Shown here piece by piece: positions 35,467 to 49,529 of a stretch of DNA of 64,000 nucleotides. The stretch spans positions 52,576,001-52,640,000 of the forward strand of contig CM060733.1 of assembly GCA_030704615.1 (NCBI GenBank). Reading direction: 5' to 3'. Both the position numbers and the translations under genes were made by a program. The stretch comes from Takakia lepidozioides. Its lineage: Eukaryota > Plantae > Bryophyta. The stretch's first letter is position 1. Each line of letters begins with the position of its first letter. The notes below the pieces were generated by a model. It was not told where the DNA came from. It was given only the letters and a program-made list of their open reading frames with translations, and did not search any database.

Positions 35467-38400
35467 CTATCTTGTTTTCGTGGTGTTCATGGTCAATCCA
35501 AATCCAAATGGGAAAAGCGGATCGTAGTGTGTGTCCCCAACGTTCTGGTCAACAGATCGGAACCATGTGTGAGGCAGCTTCCCTACGAAATCTGAGTCCC
35601 CGAAAATCACATCAGCAATGCCATTGCCCTCACTGCCGGGGAGCCAAGCTGCAAGAAGCGCGTCCATCAAGGGCAAATGGGGTTCCACCACCAGCGGCCT
35701 TCCAGAAACCAGTACTACTAAACACTTGACCAAGCCACAGACATTTTTGATGATCTCAATGCCTGGATGGGGGATGGTGAGGTTGAGGTTGTCACCCATT
35801 GTCTCTGCATAGGGTTCCTCTCCTATCACCACAACTGCATAGGAGAATCCTTTGTCCTTGGAAATTCTCTGTCGGGAAATGGTTCATACACTACTTCTGT
35901 TGAGTCGCTCACTGCACTTTCAATGCCTTGCAAAATAGTTGTCCCTGCAGCCACAGGAAAACCCATATCATTCCACCTCATATCACTTTTGTTATGAAAG
36001 TGATATTCATGTGACTCTACACATGACATGCAGGTGCAAATAAGAGAGAGAGAGAGAGAGAGAGAGAAACAGAAAGGATCTCTTGGAGACAAAAGAGTCC
36101 TATACTGATATCGGAGACACTTGGAAGTTGAGGGATTTGAAAGGAACGAGCAATCCTACCGAGTGTAGTGTTGCCCGAACTCCCTTGCCAAGTGATGGTC
36201 CATCCTCCACATTGCAAACCTATGTCATTGGCATGGGAGCCGGCGACCAGAATCTTGTGTGCATCTCTATCCAGAGGTAACAATGGGGCTGACTTCGCAG
36301 TCTTCCCATTTTTCAGCAGCACGATTGACTTGCGCACAGCCTCCCGCGCGAGCACCCTATGTGACTGAGCACCACCATGATAGAAATGCATTCAAATAAC
36401 GTTGGCGTTAGGGGACGAGTTTAGACAGGAAATCTAGAGCGAGAAATCTCGCAACCACACAGATTAGCTGGGATACTGAACAACCTCGATACAACAGCAT
36501 CTGAGTAGCTAATTGCACTGTAAAAAGCAGCAAGTATGTGGCGAGGATTACATGTTGCCCGATAAGAGATGAGCGAAGCTTTCTGTCCGCAAGAGGCTTC
36601 TCAAAAAGACCCGTTTGGAACTTGACCCGTAAGATGCGGCTAATAGCATCGTCAATCCGTGACATGGGTATATTGCCTAACCGAACTTCGAGCAGTAGAT
36701 CCTCGATAAAGGTAGTATAACTCTGACCATTACCCACCATCACCTGTAGCGCCATTGAAAATTTCGGGCCGGTTCATAGAATCAGTGCATTGTGATATGA
36801 GAAATATAGATCTCCTAGATAGAAAGAGAGAGGACTTCGGAAGCTTGACTTCCAGCGATGTACAGAAACTTTATAATCTGCACTTAAGGCCCTGGGCATT
36901 GGACAACGTATGTACAGCAAACCAAGAAATACTTAAAAGAAGATTCCATTTAACAGTAACCTCGAGGTGGATAGTGAATGCATCAATTTTTAGGCTTACC
37001 ATGTCAATGCCTGCCTGAATTGACGTGAAGACAGAGTAGGTGTAGTTAGCATCGGGTGGAGTTGTGATTCGATCAATCCCATCGTAGTCTGAGATCATAA
37101 ACCCCTGCCACAACATGTAGCACCACAAACAAATCAAGACTAGGTCACATTATCAAGTGTGTCGATGCTGTATTTGTTCAAGGAAGTCTTACATTAGCAA
37201 ACTCCAGTGGCCCAGAACTGGACCAGAAGACCTGCTACCACGGTCTCACTAGCGAGGAATCGGATATAAATCCTCAGCTAGAATTCGGATCGAGAGCACT
37301 TGTGGACACTGGTATTGCAGGAAAGTGGGAACACCAGAGGTCCTTCCTCCAGGTATCATAAGGTAGAGTAGACAAATGTTGGCATTGCAGGAAAATCGGA
37401 AACACTCGAGGTCCTTATGCTCCCGGTATCATTAGCTACAGGTCTTTGTGTAGTCTATCAACTCTCGCACATGCTACAGATGTGACTTGATTTAAGTCGT
37501 GCAGATCTTGGAAATTGTTCCATGAGATCATCTATGTCTAGAAACATTCAAGTACTAAGCCCATTGTCAACATTTGGGGTTTGCTTGAGATCTGCACAAC
37601 AAACTACTTTGGAAGTCGTACCTTGAAGCCTATCTGGCCTTTAAGGACGGTTGGCGTGCATCTTTATGCCGTTCCAGCTGGAGTAGGAAACCATAATAGT
37701 AGACACACCCTTGGCAACGGCATCGAAATAGGCCTTCATGTGGATGTCCACCAGGCCTTGGTAGCTAATCACTGTGTTATTCTCGTTGATGCCCTTCGTT
37801 GTGCCTCCATCTCCTACAAAATGCTTTGCGCAGGCAGCAACCTTGCGGCTACTTGGGCCAACACATCCATCCCAGTCAGAGATGGATCATTGTGCGAGTG
37901 AATCTTATGCAGGTCTACATCGTGCTTGCATACTTCTAAAATGTGTACATGTATGCGCATGTGTAGCGATGGAGAATGCAGCAAAGGCCAGATAGATTTC
38001 AAATCACCATATATAGACTTCGAGGTTTTTCAGGAAAGGTCCAACTGGAAATTAACAATCAAACACTACATCAAGTAGGAAAGATCAGGAGAAGATCGCG
38101 CACCGGTTTTTCACATAAGGTCCTTTCCACCCCGCTGGAGCTCTCGTAGCAGCGCCCCCACCTTGGGTCTCGACATACCTGCGCTCGACAAGTCAAAGAT
38201 CATAATTTTGAAAATTCCTGAATGTTCAAATCCATCCTTCTTTGCTGGCCAGTGTCACGCGAAACTTGTAGTAATATGCAAGAGATCTGTGCGTTTAATG
38301 GTGTATTCTTCAGGACTGTTGCAATGATTGAGCACTACTGCACCCTACCCAAGAGAGCTCCATTGACCTGACCTATAATTCAGGGCTGTTCAAATCAGCA

Positions 38401-39926
38401 ATTGTTAATTGACAAGCACTTTAGAAGATCTCGAAAAGTAGTCTTAATCTCAAAAGGGCAGATCGTGCTCCATACCGCAATGCAGGGAGCAAACACATAC
38501 GAGATTCCAGTTGCCCGAACCTCGAGGGCTGTGGCAGTCCCTATACGCTTGACCAATTCAGGCTCCCTGTACAAAAAATCCAAGGGTACGTCGGGAGTGT
38601 CGGGAAGCAACATGCAACTACTGCACCCCGCAATTCTCACTCAGCAAAGATGGAGAATTTGAAAGAGAAATCTGCTCAAATTGAAGGAAAGACGAAAGCA
38701 TGGATAGGATATAGTCTAAAGTTTATTGAAGGAATAAGTTCAAGTTCTTCTGGAAAAGAGCTCTAGCCTTCTTTCGGAAAGGGAATCTTGAAGGTGTTTT
38801 GGTCGCCCACCGTGTAGCACCGAGGCCAATGTTGTGGGGGAAGATGGTAGATCCATAGACACCATTGTGCCCGTGAACTGCGTCCATTCCATATATAAGT
38901 GGGATGCCTAGTCGCGTGCTCAGAGCTGCTTTCTGGTACCCATCAGTCATGTTCTCCCACTCGTATGATGTAGCTTCCGGTCTCGGCGCACTCCCCGGAC
39001 TGCTTAGTATACTTCCTGCAAAGGGATTTTCACAAATTCTTTAACGACTTGATGGTCGACTGATCAGATAATCATTGAGTGTCTGACGGTCTGTTACTAT
39101 GGCGAACTCTCCGACATGAATGATGGTCGGTACTATACCAAGTCGCAGATGTCTAGAACCTCCGTCCGAGAGTTCGAGATTGTACATGAGAGGCTTGCTG
39201 TAATTGGTTATCAGCCCTAATCTAACAAGGTATCTAGAAGAGCTTTCCTGGATCCACAATTTCCATATCCCCTGCAAGCTTGCGATTATATGGTTCAAAG
39301 TAAGTAGTTGTCTAGATTGTTGACCAATTACTAGCTACAGCTGTTCAAACTATTCCTCTTGGTTGTTTGATCAGCAGTCCAGTTTTTGAAAACTAAAGGC
39401 TGCAATGTCGCACATGCATATACTCAATAATGTGCATAATTCTGTACATCGAAGGTGTTTGAAAGATTTTCTACTAGTTAGTTTACCTTGAATCTTCTCC
39501 CTTCCCGAGGTCCCATTTCAGCTGATCATAAGGAGATCATAAACCCCTTTCCCACACTCAGGATTTCCGGAACATAACGGGTCCAATTCCCAGGTCTCTC
39601 CTGAGGAGCCTCTGAGGATTTTCTGTCTATTTGAGAAGAATGGACACGTACTACGCTAGTGCTAAGCGTTGCATATACTCACCAATATGCTATTGCTTGA
39701 TACCAGACGAGTTAGCGAAACCGCTGTCAACCTGCGTCATTTGTCCAATTTTCTCCTTCAGCGTCATCCGAGAGAGAAGATCTTTGATCCGCACTTCAAT
39801 GAGCTGCGATTTGTCCTTGTACAGAAGGTGCTCTTTCGCCGAATGTGCACCCGCCATGCCGCACACTAGAAGGAGTGCAAGAAATGCCAGTGACAGGTGA
39901 GTGTGCCGCAAATCTCTTCCCCCCAT
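35467..39926 (-). pseudogene. GH3 beta-glucosidase/beta-D-glucan exohydrolase pseudogene
   Basis: Signal peptide plus [74 protein letters not shown] and AAWLPGSEG. Lesions: in-frame TAG at 39690, deletion after CYES (~38140), frameshifting deletion after MHAN (~37648) and a frameshift at ~35865. Confidence 0.9.
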
Positions 39927-40533
39927 TGTCCAGTAGTCCAGTTGTCCAACTTCGCCTGCAATCTGAGCAACCTAAGAAAGCCGTGGATGCTTGAGATTGG
40001 TCGTGATATCCAAGGAGGAGGTGAGAGAGATCTAGCATTTATCCAGCAAGAATTTCAATTGTCGATGCTGCACAACTGCTCTGCTGCAGGGGCGGTGGTG
40101 CATTTGGTACAACAACCCATTCCTTCGTACAATTTATACACCTCTAGAGCACTGATTTGCGCGGGTAGAAGGAGATTGACCAGCTTGAATAGCTTGAATG
40201 TGGGTCCTATCTTGTGGGCCTGATCGCTGGAGTAGCTCCCGCTTTCACGTGCTTAGAAGTGATACCCATCCTTGTGAGGTTCCAACGCTACGATTCTATC
40301 TTTCTGATGTTAAGGATTGATTTCTCTTTGACTCGATGGAGGGTCAAAGATGGGCGGGATTCAAAGTTGTCATTATTGTTGTATGACATCATAACGCCTC
40401 GTGTCGTGATTGTGTTGCGCAGCTGCTGCAGGATTTGCTGAGAAAACTCTTCCAGTGCGTCCAACATACACTACTTCTCGTGAAGAGTCTTTAAAGTAAA
40501 ACATTTGGGCTTTGTTGGCTCCTCCCAAGTTAA

Positions 40534-41269
40534 CCCCTCAAGGATTACTTGCCACGCTCCAGTTCCCATGGATGATAGTGGATGAAGTGAACCTTGAAGA
40601 TGAATTGTAGATGTCATAGAGGAGCACATGTGGGAATTTACAGCGCCAAAAAATCATAAAAGCTCTGCTCCCTAGAATTCTGCAAAGTGCCAGGAAATCC
40701 AGCGTTAGAGCACCGTTGACCTGCTTACGTGGCAACCAAATGGGCAATCTTCAAGATAACATTCAAGACACCATGAAATGTTACTGTGCACTTACTTACC
40801 AGAGGAATTGGAAAACAAATGTCACCCAATGGGTGTACTACTTGGGAAAGAAGCCAAAACAAGATAATTTGCCCCCAGATTTCACATACAAAGCAACCTA
40901 TCTGAATTTTTGGAATTTTGGTCTGATTTATTGGGGAGGCAGTAGTTAGGTGCCATATAATCATATTATGGAGGGCCTTTGTCTAGAAAGATTCAACTCG
41001 ATACTTCAATTTTGTGGTCAAACATTTTTTTCCATGCAATTTTTGAATATATTTACAAATTGGGGCATATTAGTTTGTTATAATCTCCGGAATGCAACGC
41101 AACGGTCAATTTGCCTATATTTTTGACAGGACATGGATCTAGTAGATATGCACATAAGCATAATGTTCATCCCCATGGATGATGGGGGTAAAGAAGTTAC
41201 ACCCTTGTCTATGAGGGTATGCACCCTTTTTTAGTGGGCCCACCAAAAAAATAGCTCGTCCTCTAGGGG
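40534..41269. mobile_element. Second TTAA-flanked TIR element (piggyBac-like), 736 bp
   Basis: Structure is TTAA(40530-40533)|CCCCTCAAGGA ... TCCTCTAGGGG|TTAA(41270-41273). The TIRs match at 9/11. Confidence 0.55.
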
Positions 41270-41289
41270 TTAATCCGTTAACTTCCTAT

Positions 41290-41960
41290 AGCCTGTGGAT
41301 CTCCTCTTAAACTACAATCGGACCTCCAGGGGGAGAGCCATCACCTGCCCTGTCTTCGAAACCCTGCGTGCCCGCTGTGCTAAATCTTTCAACGATGAAA
41401 CCTGCTCTACTTCGGCCCTCTTGTCTTTGATCTACAATGGCTTACTAACAGAATTTAACAAAAACGTGGGCCAAATGTGTTGTAGACTGTGAAAAGGCCC
41501 CAAGCAAGCGCCCTCAATCCATGCCGCCTTCATAGCTACGTGGGCTTGCCATGGCATCATTTGTCAAAGCGACGACCAAGATCTCTGCATATGGAACCCT
41601 CTCCCCCCTCAACGCTGGAGAAACCTCCGAGCTGCACTCCACGGCCTCATGGAACCCTCTCCCCCCTCAACGCTGGAGAAACCTCCGAGCTCCACTCCAC
41701 GGCCTCGCCAGAGTTTGAGAGAGATGTGAATTGGAAACATATCAAACACCCTGCCATGACTTCCATGCTCAATTTTCGGTAGTTTGCTCTGATCATGGAT
41801 TAGCTTCTCGATAATCGATGCTTAGAACATGCTTGTATTGATTTATTACGGGCACTATCAGTGTGACTAGGGAAGATTTTTTCGATCTTAAGACTACCTC
41901 TGCACTTTCGGGTGTAGGTTCTGGATCCCCGCCACTCTCCCCTGTTTTTTTTTTTTTTTT
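41290..41960 (+). mobile_element. L1 3'-end fragment
   Basis: DLLLNY..CPVFETLRA and SPEFERDVNWKH match 61180-61630. An internal ~57-bp tandem duplication lies at 41590-41705. Confidence 0.75.
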
Positions 41961-44900
41961 AAACTAAACCAAAAGTGTAGAAAAAATATTTCCAAACCAT
42001 GGCAAGTTGACCATGTATGTGGCAAGCCAGAGTGGTTAGAAATCAAGGACAGCAGTAGAAATCAGGTCCATCCCTATGCGGGATATTCATGTTTTGCAAA
42101 ACTTGACAAACACGGTCACCGAGATGTGTCTCCCGAGTCATCAGCCTTCATGGCTTTCGCAAGGGTACTTTTTCCTTGCTTTAATAAAACTTTAAGGGCC
42201 TCTGTCACCTTTTTGGGGGGGGGCAAAAAAAATACACAAGAGTGGCGTCGCATGGTGTTGAATGTTGACATGCTAAAAATGAAAGTCACAATCCCCCATA
42301 CAGGGGAAAGAGGCTCTTATTTACGCTAACTTGGGTAGGCGGTCTTTCTCTCTACAAGACGAGCATATCGTTGTGGAACAGACTACCCATCCTCCATGCA
42401 AAGAGTGTGGGAGACTATGAGTAGGGTCGCGGGGGCTTGCTTGATAGAGAAATGCCTCCGGCTGGTCCGCTGTCAAATCCCCACCTATCCTGCTGCCCTC
42501 CCCGCCACAGAGCTGTCCCTGGGTGAAATGTTCTAATTTTTCTGGTACGGTGCAAGATATTCATGAATGTGTAAGGTTCTCCGACTCAAAATATTGAGGA
42601 GGGGTTGTGATATATATGTGTGTCTTCAATTTGTACTTAAGTTAGGGATTACGAGGAGACAATACCAGGCAGCTCGCACTCTGAGTTACCATGGAAAATC
42701 CTTAATATACCTCAGAGAACACCTTAACCCTAAATGCCCACAAGGTAATTTGACTTTCTACCAAAAAAATGACCCTATGTTGCAAGGTGCCGTTTTTTCA
42801 CTCCCAAAAACTACTGCCCCTTTGAAGTGGCCTGAGGCTACCCACCTATCACCATTGAATTTGGTAGATTATAGTGTTTTTGGGCAATTGTTTTTTAAGG
42901 ATATGTTAGGGAAAGAATCTTTCTTTGCTTTGACCTTGAGGGGCTTTTTGAATTTTGCAGAATGACTACCCCAAATTTTCATAATCTATGTACAAATGCC
43001 AAGTGGATGCCAAATTTCACATTTAATCAAGATTTTATTGCATAGGTTGCTTTGTATGTGTTTTTGGGAACAGCCTCCATAACAAGCACAATCAGACAAT
43101 GGGACCCTCCAAAGCAGGACATCCCAAACATCCAACACTTTTCTGAGCCATGGCCATTACCAAAAATCTAGAGGTCGCATGCCTGCTCCAAATGGCATGC
43201 ACTAAATTGGAGAAGATCTACCACCTCATGCGCTATAATTATGCAGAAGGAACGAATGTAAGAAAGTTCATCTACAAAAGTTACAATTGTTCATCCAAAC
43301 AGATAAGGAAGTTAAGGTGGTAGAAGATGTTATCTAAGCATGTAGATAATGTAGTCTACTTTTTTATTTGGGAAAGGTGACATACCCAAATTATTGATCA
43401 TTCAATCGGTCCTAAAACCACAGGGTCAATATGCCTTCCACGCTGACCCCTTCTCCTTAATTTTATTTGAGAAAACAAGAAAGCAACAAAAAACCAGGAA
43501 AAAATAACCTGGTGGAAAGCCACGAAGGCAGAAGTAGGGACGCTGCAATGTACTTTTATAGTCATAATGGAGGTTTTACCAAGTATGAACCCACAGGTCC
43601 ACGGTTGGCTTTTGCAGTTTGTGATTTTGTTACTGTAAGCAAAGCCTTATCTGTAGATGTCAGAGCAGCAGTGCCGACATCATACTTTGTCTTATACAGT
43701 GTCAATGTCAGCTCCAAAGCCTCCAATATGTCAGCTCCGTTCAGCGGATCATCGTGTGTATTGGTGTGAGCCAAGAACATAGAAAACCCAGCTGGTTGAG
43801 TTTCATTCGTGGTCAGTTTATGATTCCGCAAGCCCCACAATTTGCTCCCAAACTGTTAAGGGCCGTTCCCCCATATCATAAGCTACATCTGTAGATGGTC
43901 AATGAGTACATCAACTCTTTGCAGCAGGTGGGTTAGAATAACAGCAGTGCCATGATGAACCTCATATTTTCTACCATGAGGTCAACGCCAGCAAACTCAA
44001 GCCGAAGTAGCTAGTCTGTCGTTGGCCGTGCACAAGATCTATGGCATGTTTGGTTGACCGTGGTCAGCTGAAACCATAAACCACCTCCAGAACGGCTGTA
44101 ATATCTCGTGATGACCATGCCTTTGGAAGATTCAAGCCTAGTCAATGTTTTCTGTGGATATCAAGAATAAGTTATCGTTTCTCTCTCGTGATAATGCTGG
44201 GTCTAGAGTCTAGCCCTAAAATGAAATCAGGGTTCTGCATAACCTAGTATCAAATTATCACTGATCCTCAACAGAAGTTCTCCAATTGTTGATTTTAAGC
44301 GGTTGCGTTACGTAGTTTTTGCTTACCATCATTAAAATTCTCACTTGTAATCTATGCTGTACACCTGAATTTGTTTTACCTTGTTTGATAGATCTATGAC
44401 ACATCTGTACTTGTGACAACTCAAATTATATGTGGGACGTAGTATACATGTAGCTGAGTCACAAAATGGCAGAACCACCTCACAGCCATATTAGTGCCAT
44501 TTTACTGTCCATACAGTGGTAGGACTAAACCGTGATGCATCATGTTCAATTGCCTGAGATCTCATCACAGCAGCAGAAGTTGCATCGGGAATCGATATAG
44601 CTATTCAGCTTGCGGCTCTGATAATTTCCGATGAAACAACAGCCAAGTCATTGCAGGTATTTATTAAGTACGACCCTCAGCTGCACCCAACACAGGGTCT
44701 CCAAGCAATGGCTGGTCCTGAAATAGTCAGCAAAGCTAAGGAGCTTATGGCACTCCCGTGCAAATTTGCTGGCGTCTTAAACCTAGACTAAGACTCAGAA
44801 GCCTTGGTTTATGAAGACCATCCCTCTCAATTGAGCCTCTTATCTGGACTATTCAGTTCCCTCTTATATTTTGAGTCTTTAATGCAATTTTGTAGAGTAG

Positions 44901-45344
44901 ATATCGATTTACATATTACATATATTGGTTGTCAAAATGATCACCTAGCCATTGGTTCGGACTTGGGACATCCTGCCATGGACATGGGGGGTGTCTTTGA
45001 GATAAGGTCATGAAAACTGTATGTGAATCCCTCTTCTCAATTGCTTTCAAAGATTATCCCTACAAGCAACTCCGCTGATGATGCTAGGGGGACTGTCAAG
45101 ATGGTAGTTGAAAAACTGACGAGCTATCTTCAAACATCGAAACAGTGTAGCAAAAGTAGTATGAAAACGAATACAACAGATATTATACACGTATCTAGAG
45201 GGGTTGATTTAGGTCATGTCTTTTTAGTCAGAGCCCCAAACTCGACTAGGCTTGCCTGCCTCTCCGGTACATGCAAAGTTCTATGATGAATTCAAGTAAG
45301 ATTTTCTTGAGTCTTACATTTTTGAGCATTCTTCTTCTGAAGAG

Positions 45345-45960
45345 TGTTTGAAAAGCTAGCTTGTTTTCCCAGTGTTCATGGTCAATCCACATCCAAATGG
45401 AAAAAACGGATCGTAGTGGTTGTCCCAACGTCCATGGGTAGCTGGTCAACAGATCGAAACCATGTGCGAGGCAGCTTCCCTACGAAATCATAATCCCCAA
45501 AAAATCACATCAGCAATGCCATTGCCCTCACTGCCGGGAGCCAAGCTGCAACGAGCGCGTCCATCAAGGGCAAATGGGGTTCTACCACCGGCGGCCTTCC
45601 AGAAACCAGTACTACTAAACACTTGACCGAGACACAGACATTTTTGACGATCTATACCTGGATGGGAGATGGTGAGGTTGAGGTTGTCACCCATTGTCTC
45701 AGCATAGGGGACCTCTACTATCATCACAATTGCGTAGGCAATCCTTTGTCCTTGGAAAATTTTCCAGTTGTCGAGAAATGTCTCATACACTACTTCTGTT
45801 GCGTCGCTCACTACACTCTCAATGCCTTGCAAAATAGTTGTCCCTGCAGCCAAAGAATTCCATATCAACCTTCCTCATACCACTTTTGCTATGAAAGTGA
45901 TATTCACGACTCCACATATGCGAGAAATGAAAGGGTCTCTTGCAGACAGAAGAGATTGCA
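45345..45960 (-). pseudogene. Partial duplicate of the GH3 last exon and upstream intron
   Basis: [29 protein letters not shown] is a diverged copy of ~35450-36080 with additional frameshifts. Confidence 0.88.
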
Positions 45961-47176
45961 CAGTCTAGATACTCATGTTGAGAAGAAATAACTTCTAACT
46001 TCAAGATGATGTCAATTGGAAAGAATATCATTTTACAAATCCGCGACTGAGGGTATGACTTCACCCACGGCCAAATAATCTCTCCCCGCAAATGTCTCTG
46101 AAGACTGAGATGATCAAGGGGTCCAGTGCCCCTACACAAGGGGGTGGGATGGACTATAATCACGATTGGTGGAGCAAGACAAAGCACACCTCGGCCTCAT
46201 CTTCAATTTAGCCACGTGCCGCAAGAGGCTTCCAATATAACCTGTGTTCCTCTTCCTCGTTTTCTCTTGGCACGTCTGATTCTTCTGAGGAGACACTACG
46301 TTGCCTTCTTACTGTAAAGGATTGAATTAAAGTAGCCGTCTGTTTAAGATGCTTGCACCTAGGATCGCACGATCAAAATGCAGGTGTCTAGGCTTAAGCA
46401 ACTCTTTGATTTCATTCCAAACGGATCTCAGAACAACTACACAGAAACACAACCTGCTTATTGTAGAGATTCTCATATAGTTGACACAGGGAGGTGGCAA
46501 GCTCCACCATGTCACTGCCACTCTTGTGCACAATCTCCACGTTTCTCCATATCTGCCACAGTTGTTGAGCTTCAGAATCGGAATATCAGAATGCGCCTGC
46601 ACAATCTAAATCAGATGAAGTAGGGTCCAGTGATGAGAGCAGTAGGACCGTCAAATAAGTAAATTCTGAGCGTTTCGCGACTTCCTTACAAGTGCAGCAG
46701 CAGTTTCACTGCTTGTGATTTCAATTCCACCTTGCTGTGTTTCAAAATTGAGGGCAATGGGCTAGACTATGCTTGGAAGTTGCAGGCTATCTCAGATTAT
46801 TGGAGAGTCTTCCCAAATCTTCGAGATCATAAACCCCCCTGGGCACTGTCATGAATTCACTGTTTACTTTAAGCTTTGTCCTTAATTGATCGCCCAAACC
46901 AGAGCTGGATTTTGAAGAATAGAAGGGGCACTCACTTTTTTGTACTAAGTCTCACATTCCATCAAATACTAATTAAGCATGGACGGAAACATTGAAATGT
47001 ATTGGTTTTGTATAATGATGCGACCTCTATCACGTATCTAGCTTTCAAATTCCCCTGTTGTATCACATAGTAGTACCTGTGACAGCGCAGAAGGAAACTA
47101 GACAGGCGGGTGGTGACTTTGCTGATGGGATGGGATTATTGATAATCTAAAAGTTTGATTGACACTACCTTGCCAG

Positions 47177-47546
47177 ACAGGAGCTGAAGCCCTTTGGAAT
47201 TGATGTCATCGTTATTGCCCCCGGTGCCTTTGTTTCTGAAATCGGTACAAAGTCCCATACAATTGTGAGTGGCTATGTTGCGGATTTGGCCCTCAAATTG
47301 TACAAACCTTATGAAGAGGCAATTATCAAGTGGTCAACTCAATCTGGGAAATTAAACGATACACCCACGGACGAATTTGCCATGAAGGCAGTTGCAGCTA
47401 TAACCTCAAGTCAGGTCCCATCTTACTTCACATACGGCTGCTCATCTCGCACATACTGGTGGCTACACTATGCACCTTCTTGGGTGCAAGACTGGTGCTT
47501 CTCTTCAAGGATATCCTCGGTGAAGATTGATAAAAAGAATTATTAA
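47177..47546 (+). pseudogene. Orphan last exon of a short-chain dehydrogenase/reductase (AYR1-like)
   Basis: After an AG acceptor: QELKPFGIDVIVIAPGAFVSEIG..LYKPYEEAI..TPTDEFA..PSYFTYG..APSWVQDW. No TGxxxGIG or YxxxK exons were found upstream. Confidence 0.7.
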
Positions 47547-48699
47547 AAGCATTCGTGGAATGCCAAATCATGAGCTCACTAATGGTTATGCATTTGTACA
47601 TTCTTAATGGAAGGGGGACAAGGGGAAAGTGCCTCAACACCTTGGTTGGCTGTTGAAGCCTGCCCACATTCAGGTCCTATTGAGCATGCATTGTCCCATC
47701 AGTGGCCTGTGATTCCATGCCGGAAGTGCAAAAACCTGCAACAACAACGAACAACAATTACTGAATGGTTTATTTAGGACACATGGAACCCATATGAAAG
47801 CAGATGTAGACATCAGTTTGTTATTGGACTGGTACTTCATGATGGGGTGGGCACACTCGCAAAAATATCAAGCGTCCACGAACATTGAGTGGACTTTTTT
47901 GCAGTGTCGGAAGAATGCAGTAATATCAAGGAGCACAGGGAGCTCATAGCAGCCAACATACTACCAGCTGCGACAGATGTAAATCAGCTAGTAAAGGCTC
48001 ATGTCTTTGAACACCACGGTGTCAATGCTTCGCGAGGCATCATACTTCTTATTTTCAAGGTTGTTGTAAGAGGTAAGACAGTAGCCCTTCCACCTCCTAC
48101 ACTGGCTTTGGAAGGAGTCTGAGTCCACATATATATATATATATGTGTGTGTGAGTAAATCATACGGCAAAATGTGTAGGTAGCTTTCATTTTGTTTTCC
48201 AGAGAGGATTTATTCTTGTTCACTGATTACATGTTCTTCACTGGGGTTTTTGGGGGCTCTGGGAACTGTGTCCTCAGCTGGATGGGAAATGTTTCTTCAA
48301 ATCTTGCAAACATGAGAATATGTGGAAGGGCAGAATCTTCGTGTTTGGGGTAGTTGCAGCCTCCCCTACGATGGTATGCAGGTCCTGTGTAAAAGTGCCA
48401 AGGGTTTCTCGCTGTCGTGGCTCTGAACTCTGCATATCAGGTTGCTTGACGCTGGATTGTGCTCTTGGTTCAATTTGAGACATACCTGCAGTCTGCTGTC
48501 ACGGTGGAAAATATCGCTGAATAGACCTAGGCCTTTTCTTTGCACAGCTTTTGACTCCATGGTGGCTAGGTCAGGTAGGTAGACAACATGCTTCTCTAGC
48601 TTGTTTTGCTTGGAGAAAGGTTTGCTTCAAATAAATCTGAATGGAACCCTTACTTGGCAGGGGGATGGGAATGCCTCACTTGTAGGCATGTGAGGATGC

Positions 48700-48770
48700 T
48701 ATGTGCCATTGAAAGAGGCTCTACAGACTTTAAACCAAGGAGGCATTTCAGCAGATTCAAATGCCTACAA
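48700..48770 (+). pseudogene. Short PPR-protein N-terminal fragment
   Basis: LKEALQTLNQGGISADSNAY is truncated by an AATATTTCA-rich repeat (48770-48905). Confidence 0.35.
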
Positions 48771-49529
48771 TATTTCAGTACATCAAAAATTTAGTATTTC
48801 AATATTTCAGCCAGATTTTCAGCAAGTATTTCTAATATTTCAGATATTTTTCCACGATATTTCAATATTTCAGTTAATTTTTCAACAAGCATTTCAATAT
48901 TTTAATAATTAGGTAGTAAACTCGAAGATCAGTTTTGTAATATCATACATCAATATTTAATTCATACATCAACAAAGTTCTCCCAGGGAGATTTTGTGCT
49001 AGAAATGATTTCCTAATTTTGTCTTATGAAATCATTGGATTTTTTCCATGAACCGTACGTTCATGCTTGTGGCAAATCGTTCAATTATTCCAGTCGAAGC
49101 AAGATAGATCCAATGTAACTGATTACAAAGCCCTGATACCATATATAAAAAACCAATACAGTTCAACAATGAACTAAAAGCTCATCAAGAAATGGTTTCT
49201 TGAACCACTCCACCACCCCAAGCTTCTATCAAAATCAGAACAATCAATGCATCATCAATCTATCTATCAAAATCTATGCCGAAGCTGTAGCCTTCTACTC
49301 TACTGAGTCTTCACTGCTTCTCCTTTATATATGCAGTCCGGCTACTCCTTAAGTGCTCCTTAAGTGCACGCACAAGTACCCATAATATTGTATCCACATA
49401 TATATCAATATGATAAAAGGGTTCAATGGAAGGTTGAGACCCCAATATGGATGTGGCTTGATTTTATTGCAAGCTTGTGAGCTGACAGGTACAGCCCACG
49501 AGGTGCAGCCGGGAACCAGCTCCGGCAGC

